Positions 27,775 through 32,000 of a stretch of DNA of 32,000 nt are shown here, piece after piece. Both the position numbers and the translations under genes were made by a program. Each line of letters begins with the position of its first letter. Position 1 is the first letter of the stretch. This DNA comes from Methanopyrus kandleri AV19 (GTDB lineage: Archaea; JAADCQ01; Methanopyri; Methanopyrales; Methanopyraceae). The stretch covers positions 1,500,001 through 1,532,000 of the forward strand of contig NC_003551.1 of the NCBI RefSeq assembly GCF_000007185.1, in the 5' to 3' direction. A model generated the notes under the pieces. It had not been told where the DNA came from. It saw nothing but the letters and a program-made list of their open reading frames with translations, and did not search any database.

Positions 27775-28134
27775 GTGGTGCTGTCGATACCCGATTGGCT
27801 CGGTGCCGCACTGTTGCTTTCACTCAGTGACGAGCTGCACACCGGTCTCGTGTGGGGAGCCCTTCGCAGCCAGTACCTTCTGTTGGGAGCGTACCTCCGG
27901 GTCCGACATTCAGCTCTATTCGTCTGGTTAGTACACGAAACCTTGGAGTTCCTTTTCCACACTGTGATCCTGTCGTTGATACTTCCGGTCCCGATGGCGG
28001 TAACAGCGGCCTCAGTACACTTCGGAATCGACCTATTTCACGAAGCGCTGTTAGGAACCGTTAAAGGTCGGGTGACACACCGGCTGATGCACCTGTCTTT
28101 GGAATCCGCAATATTGTACTGGCTGTGGGGGTGA
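27775..28134 (+). CDS. His-rich polytopic membrane protein (119 aa, ~4 predicted TM segments)
   Basis: Hydrophobic segments are WLGAALLLSL, YLLLGAYL, ALFVWLV.TLEFLF.TVILSLILPVPMAVTAASV and AILYWLW, with 8 His residues. GTG starts at 27775/27778 follow AGGAGGTGA, which contains the upstream stop. Confidence 0.6.
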   Translation: MVLSIPDWLGAALLLSLSDELHTGLVWGALRSQYLLLGAYLRVRHSALFVWLVHETLEFLFHTVILSLILPVPMAVTAASVHFGIDLFHEALLGTVKGRVTHRLMHLSLESAILYWLWG

Positions 28135-28403
28135 TACTTGTGAGAATCCTGCGCGATCTCATCGGCAAACCCGTAATCGACTCCAGCGCCAAGCACATCG
28201 GTGAGGTCCTCGATGTCGAGTTCGACGAAGAGTCAGGAGAAGTCACCACGCTAATCGTGGGCCACTCCAAGCGCCCCGGTGTTCTGCGGAAGATAAAGTG
28301 GCTAGGGGGCGAGGAGAAAGCCGTTCGCATACCCTACTCGAATGTCGTTGCCATCGAGGACATGGTGCTGGTAGAAGGACGGTGGGTATCCAGGGAGGAC
28401 TGA
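28125..28403 (+). CDS. PRC-barrel domain protein
   Basis: Carries LRDLIGKPVIDSSAKHIGEVLDVEFDEESGEVTTLIVG...VRIPYSNVVAIEDMVLV, typical of PRC-barrel proteins. It overlaps the membrane-protein gene by 10 nt. Alternative GTG starts lie at 28131/28140. Confidence 0.75.
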   Translation: MGVILVRILRDLIGKPVIDSSAKHIGEVLDVEFDEESGEVTTLIVGHSKRPGVLRKIKWLGGEEKAVRIPYSNVVAIEDMVLVEGRWVSRED

Positions 28404-28416
28404 CTCCTCGTCTTGC

Positions 28417-28445
28417 GGGGGTGGGGGTTTCTGAACCCCACCCCC
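28417..28445 (+). terminator. Strong G/C hairpin 14 nt after the PRC-barrel stop (possible operon-end terminator or RNA stabiliser)
   Basis: GGGGGTGGGGGTT at 28417-28429 and AACCCCACCCCC at 28434-28445 form a ~12-bp stem with one bulged G and a 4-nt loop. The left arm ends in TTT. Confidence 0.5.
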
Positions 28446-28627
28446 GAACGGTTCACTTGTTCTCGCCGTTCGTGGGGTTATATCGGCGGGCTGTCGGGAT
28501 CGTCACAACCCCCAACATCTCGAAACGATGAGGAGGGTCCAGGGGCGATCTCTACGGGCGATCTATCGTGACAACGCGGTCTCCCCGCCCTTCCATCCCA
28601 GAAGGACTCCCCCAGGGGTTGTGATCC

Positions 28628-29248
28628 ATGGACGAATCCGAGATCCTAAGAGTACTCCGCGACTGGGTCTCTGACCCTTTTGAAGCGGTACTCGTGGATG
28701 ACGTGCCGGTGGACCTGTACGACCCAGAAGAAGGCCACGCGTACCTCGTGGCTAACGAGGACACCGTAGAGAAGAAACTGGGTCGACTCACGAGACTCAT
28801 CGGGAAGGTCCCGAAAGCATCGATCGCGTACTCTGGGGACACCGACGAGCTCGTAGACCCGCTGAGGAGGCTCGGTGCGGGCCTCCTCGAGGTCTCCCCG
28901 GAGGGTGTCGAGGTCGTGCTCGAGCCCGAGACGTTCGATGTCGATCCGGACATACGCCCCATGTCCGGACATCATGACGAGCTCGTCGCCGTCCTGAAAG
29001 CCCTCGGAGATGAGCGCCGGATCGCCGCGCTCGAGATACTAGGGCACAGCGAGGAGTGTCTATGCAAGCTCGCCGAAATTTTGGGGGAGAACCAACCGTC
29101 GACAGCATATCACTTGAAGAAGCTCCTGGAGGTCGGTTTGGTCACTAAGCGCTCCGAAGGCGGTAGAACGTTTTACAGGCTTACCGAGCGTGGCGAGCGC
29201 GTACTAAAGGTGATTAGGGACTTAAAAGACCAGCTGCGACGTACGTGA
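28628..29248 (+). CDS. ArsR/SmtB-family transcriptional regulator with ~120-aa uncharacterised N-terminal domain
   Basis: The C-terminal wHTH reads LKALGDERRIAALEILGHSEECLCKLAEILGENQPSTAYHLKKLLEVGLVTKRSEGGRTFYRLT. I did not recognise the N-terminal domain. Confidence 0.8.
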   Translation: MDESEILRVLRDWVSDPFEAVLVDDVPVDLYDPEEGHAYLVANEDTVEKKLGRLTRLIGKVPKASIAYSGDTDELVDPLRRLGAGLLEVSPEGVEVVLEPETFDVDPDIRPMSGHHDELVAVLKALGDERRIAALEILGHSEECLCKLAEILGENQPSTAYHLKKLLEVGLVTKRSEGGRTFYRLTERGERVLKVIRDLKDQLRRT

Positions 29249-30113
29249 TACCCGGGGCGACCAGCCCGAATATCACGGCGATCTGAGCCGCGCGACGCAC
29301 GTCGTCGGGTGTCGGGAGTCGATCCCCTCCTTTTAGGACGTACACGTTCGGTTTCTCCAGTCGGACTCCCAGCGCGCAGGCCCCCACGTACATGGGCAAC
29401 CAGGAACTGGGGCTCGGGACGTCCCGTGCAGCCCGCAACAGTGACCGGAGTCTCGCCCGGAGTATCCACCAAGGTAGGGTTACCGTGAGTGCCGCGGCGC
29501 ATACGGGCAGTGACAGCACGTTCAGCAAGTCGTCCAACCTCGCCGGAATCTTACCGAACATCTCGTACTCGCCCCGGTACCCGAACATGGCGTCCGCGAC
29601 GTTCGTCGCTCGGTACATGACCGCACCCGGCCACCCGAGGAGATAGTACCACCACAAGGGGCCCACGACGGAGTCCAGTAGGTTCTCGAAGCAACTTTCC
29701 ACCGCAGCCGAAGCTACTTCCGCTCCGTTTAGACGGCTTACGTCCCGACTGACGAGCCACCTCACGGCCTGTCGAGCCCCGTCTAAGTTCCCCTCCCGGA
29801 GCTCCCGCTCTACCGGGAGCAAGTGCTCGACGAGTCCCCGTACGGAAATACACACCCACAGGACCAGAGCATCTCCAACCATCGGGATGTAGTGGAGCGG
29901 GTAACACACTCCCAGCAGGAACCCGCAACCGACCGCCAGGGTTAATCCGCCCCAGACCACGTCGAGGACACGCCCGCGCCGTACCCTCTTCTCCACGAGC
30001 TCCATCACCCGGCCGCACCACGCCACCGGGTGGAAACGGTTCGGCGGATCCCCCAGGACCAGGTCCAGAGCCACCGCCAGATACGCGGCGAGAAGGGGAT
30101 CCAACGGCATCAC
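29214..30113 (-). CDS. cbiB: Adenosylcobinamide-phosphate synthase (CbiB/CobD), membrane protein
   Basis: The N-terminus reads LAVALDLVLGDPPNRFHPVAWCGRVMELVEK. Multiple hydrophobic segments and about 300 aa fit CbiB. The 3' end overlaps the convergent ArsR-type gene by 35 nt. Confidence 0.85.
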   Translation of the reverse strand: MMPLDPLLAAYLAVALDLVLGDPPNRFHPVAWCGRVMELVEKRVRRGRVLDVVWGGLTLAVGCGFLLGVCYPLHYIPMVGDALVLWVCISVRGLVEHLLPVERELREGNLDGARQAVRWLVSRDVSRLNGAEVASAAVESCFENLLDSVVGPLWWYYLLGWPGAVMYRATNVADAMFGYRGEYEMFGKIPARLDDLLNVLSLPVCAAALTVTLPWWILRARLRSLLRAARDVPSPSSWLPMYVGACALGVRLEKPNVYVLKGGDRLPTPDDVRRAAQIAVIFGLVAPGITYVAAGLLSP

Positions 30114-31141
30114 CGCCGTAGGGCGTTGAGGACGTCCTCGGGGGTCGGAATCTCATCGAGGCGGTACTCCTTCCACCCGGCACGCACCGCGGCTAGTTCG
30201 GCGGGGTTCAGTAACACCCATCGCTTGAACCTGGCGGCCTCGTCGACGGGCACTCTAGGACATCCACAGAACACGCATTGGCGTCTGCGGAGCGACCTCA
30301 GCGCATCTTCCGTCAAATACCTCAACCGCCACGTCGGGCGGTCCAAGACCCGTACTACGTCGGGTCTCCTCTGACCCAACGCTGTGCTCTCTACGATCTC
30401 GAACCCTTCTTCTCGGTTGAATTCACGGATTTTAGACAGTCTAACGGCCAGGATTCTCCTGATGACATCTTCCACGTCCTCGGAGTCCAAGACTCCCTTC
30501 GTAGGGTCGATTTGCACCACGGGCCGATTCGTCCTGATCGCAACACCGGCGGGATGGAAGCTCCCGGAACATACCACTATAGTGGGGAGAGACGTATCGA
30601 GAGCGGAGAAATTGCATCCGAGCACCAACCCGGGCGTGGCCACCCGGCGACCGTCTCCCGGGCGGATTACGGGCTCGATACCGGATTCCCGGAGGATCTC
30701 TGACACGAGCTCGAGATCGGCCACATACTGCGCCGTCGCGCAGACGTTCACACGGTCGATCCCTAAATTGTGGAGTACTTCGACGGCTTCCTCGGCCATC
30801 CACGGTTCCACGCGTTTGCGGCCGTGTGTCGGTAGGAAATGCACGGTAGCCCCGAGCTCCCGTATCTGACGCTCGACTTCGGGTATGGGATAATGGCCGA
30901 TGTGAACGATGTGGTCCGTCCGGACCACGGTACCGGGGGTAATGTCGCAGGCTCCGAACACGCGACCGGCGTCGAGTTCCACCTCGCAGCCACGGGCTTC
31001 CAGCACGTCGGCGACCTCGCGGGCGATCCGCTTCAGTCCATCCGGGGCCTGAACCAAGACACGTCCTTCAACGTTGAGGGACTCGACTACCCTCGGCACT
31101 TCGTCCTCGTCATAGGATTCGGCGGAGGTGCATCTCGTCAT
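30110..31141 (-). CDS. dph2: 2-(3-amino-3-carboxypropyl)histidine synthase (diphthamide biosynthesis, radical-SAM-type Dph2)
   Basis: Carries RVLVQAPDGLKRIAREVADVLEARGCEVELDAGRVFGACD, GCNFSALD and CGCPRVP, typical of archaeal Dph2. The ATG at 31141 (GGTGGTG upstream) gives 343 aa. The track N-terminal extension to 31375 is antisense to the cobE-like gene. The stop overlaps the cbiB start by 4 nt. Confidence 0.85.
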   Translation of the reverse strand: MTRCTSAESYDEDEVPRVVESLNVEGRVLVQAPDGLKRIAREVADVLEARGCEVELDAGRVFGACDITPGTVVRTDHIVHIGHYPIPEVERQIRELGATVHFLPTHGRKRVEPWMAEEAVEVLHNLGIDRVNVCATAQYVADLELVSEILRESGIEPVIRPGDGRRVATPGLVLGCNFSALDTSLPTIVVCSGSFHPAGVAIRTNRPVVQIDPTKGVLDSEDVEDVIRRILAVRLSKIREFNREEGFEIVESTALGQRRPDVVRVLDRPTWRLRYLTEDALRSLRRRQCVFCGCPRVPVDEAARFKRWVLLNPAELAAVRAGWKEYRLDEIPTPEDVLNALRR

Positions 31142-31168
31142 CGGGAGCACCACCGGGGGGTAGGATCG

Positions 31169-31531
31169 TTGTACGCTTTGGGTGTCGGGATGAGGCGGAG
31201 AGTGCGACGGCAGGACCTGGTAACCGCGGTACGATGGGGTCTGGAGGAAGCCGGCGAACTCGGTGAGATCATCACGATAACCCGAAAGCGGGACCAGCCT
31301 TCCGGAAAGGCGCTGGTTGAAATAGGTCGCCGGTTCGGGATCCCCGTACGGTTCGTCGAGAAGCTCGCCGACCACACACCGAGCGACTCTCGAGCGAGGG
31401 ACCTACTAGGAGCCCCGGGCTCCGTGTGTGAGGGTGTCCTTATAACTCACGGGTACGAGATCGTCCGGCCGAAACGGACTTTCGGGAACACCGTGACCGC
31501 AGCTTTGGGGTGGAAAAGATCCCGAAAGTAG
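31169..31531 (+). CDS. Stand-alone CobE / CbiG C-terminal-domain-like cobalamin biosynthesis protein
   Basis: Begins LGVGMRRRVRRQDLVTAVRWGLEEAG...IITITRKRDQPSGKALVEIGRRFGIPVRFVEKL...GAPGSVCEGVL...RPKRTFGNTVTAAL, which fits the CobE pattern (GiG.rrg..., K..E..l, VaE.AAl, T.A). The TTG at 31169 is preceded by GGGGGGTAGG. The rest of the 230-aa track ORF is antisense to dph2. Confidence 0.65.
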   Translation: MYALGVGMRRRVRRQDLVTAVRWGLEEAGELGEIITITRKRDQPSGKALVEIGRRFGIPVRFVEKLADHTPSDSRARDLLGAPGSVCEGVLITHGYEIVRPKRTFGNTVTAALGWKRSRK

Positions 31532-31890
31532 TCTGCATAGTCGGAGGGCGTGGAGACGGGTTCACACGAGTGGCCCGGGTACTTTCGGAAGCCATCAAAC
31601 GCTCGGGACGCACCGTGGGCGTTCTGATGCTTCCACAGTCCACAGGTGGGTCCGGACGGAAGTGGGTCGGTGGATATCGATGGGATTGCGACGTGGTAGT
31701 GGCGACCGTGGATAGGGTTTCGGAGTGTGATTACGCCCTGATACTCAGCAGGTTCGGGGCGTGTACGAACGCCCGGAAGGCGGTGTACGATCTGTCTCAT
31801 CAATCCTTCGTAGGGTTCGAACCGCCTGAAGGATGGGTTGGAATAGATTGCTTCAGAGTCGCCCGAGATAAAAGGGTTCCTGCAGTTCAT
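31447..31890 (-). CDS. Hypothetical protein (147 aa), His/Cys/Pro-rich
   Basis: A clean ATG-initiated ORF with several His/Cys residues (PTCGLWKHQNAHG, GHSCEP). No family recognised. Its 3' end overlaps the convergent cobE-like gene by 85 nt. Confidence 0.5.
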   Translation of the reverse strand: MNCRNPFISGDSEAIYSNPSFRRFEPYEGLMRQIVHRLPGVRTRPEPAEYQGVITLRNPIHGRHYHVAIPSISTDPLPSGPTCGLWKHQNAHGASRAFDGFRKYPGHSCEPVSTPSDYADYFRDLFHPKAAVTVFPKVRFGRTISYP

Positions 31891-31911
31891 GCTCTAATCC
31901 TATTAGGGGCC

Positions 31912-32000
31912 ATGTGTCGCATCGCGCGCCTCTGCGAGTTAGAAGACGTGAAAAAGGCGCTGCTTTCGGAGGAGGGACGGCTCGGCGCGGTATCCTACCG
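31912..32000 (+). CDS. Possible start of a gene running off the 3' window edge
   Basis: The ATG at 31912 opens the frame MCRIARLCELEDVKKALLSEEGRLGAVSY with no stop before the window end. Too short to evaluate. Confidence 0.2.
   Translation, partial: MCRIARLCELEDVKKALLSEEGRLGAVSY

Noticed and set aside
30839-31375. The 230-aa plus-strand ORF (30839-31531) and the 78-codon N-terminal extension of dph2 (31142-31375), taken as full-length genes.
   Set aside because: Only the last ~120 codons of the plus-strand ORF resemble CobE; the rest is antisense to conserved dph2 sequence. Dph2 homology starts after Met79 (ATG 31141).

Overview
High-GC (roughly 60%), very gene-dense archaeal chromosomal segment with about 45 protein-coding genes. 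I found no rRNA, tRNA, CRISPR array, transposase or integrase. All calls come from reading the sequence and ORF translations; no database search was run.

Gene content points to a hyperthermophilic hydrogenotrophic methanogen, most like Methanopyrus kandleri (inference). The supporting genes are an MtrF-like protein, a DmrX-like Fe-S flavoprotein, the archaeal DHPS-related protein, CofD, MfnA, a DUF512/Mmp10-like radical SAM enzyme, NikR plus a hydrogenase maturation protease, GatD, Dph2, the archaeal-type SAM synthetase and DacZ. The E/R/V/L-rich, acidic proteins fit the same picture.

Layout:
- 1-3560, plus strand: an orphan ORF, pyrBI and a LysR-type regulator.
- 3535-7398, minus strand: a tetrahydromethanopterin-themed block.
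- 7688-11560, plus strand: radical SAM, cofD, nitroreductase, N5-Gln methyltransferase-like and cutA.
- 11580-13055, minus strand: a PurM-like gene.
- About 13056-13345: a striking ~290-bp AT-rich island.
- 13859-22651, minus strand: an 8.8-kb run of 13 co-directional genes joined by start/stop overlaps.
- 22677-24582, plus strand: dacZ and the SAM synthetase gene.
- 24636-26012, minus strand: gatD.
- 26044-28403, plus strand: an operon of hisH, V4R, HPr-kinase-like, membrane and PRC-barrel genes.
- 28628-32000: an ArsR-type gene, cbiB, dph2, a cobE-like gene and orphans.

Most interesting observations:
1. An HPr-kinase/phosphorylase catalytic-domain homologue with a 4-Cys insertion, embedded in an operon with V4R, His-rich membrane and PRC-barrel proteins. 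A methanogen is not expected to have a PTS.
2. The ~35% GC island in an otherwise ~60% GC context, flanked by repeat- and hairpin-rich DNA.
3. A module of uncharacterised ASKHA-ATPase, small amino-acid-kinase-fold, 256-aa and 78-aa proteins inside a cofactor-biosynthesis super-operon.
4. cofD coupled to a membrane-anchored SagB-type nitroreductase.
5. Three divergent gene pairs whose start codons lie only 25-31 bp apart, one sharing a 16-bp palindrome that supplies a Shine-Dalgarno sequence on both strands.

Many long ORFs in the track are N-terminally over-extended or antisense artefacts typical of GC-rich DNA. I trimmed or rejected these.
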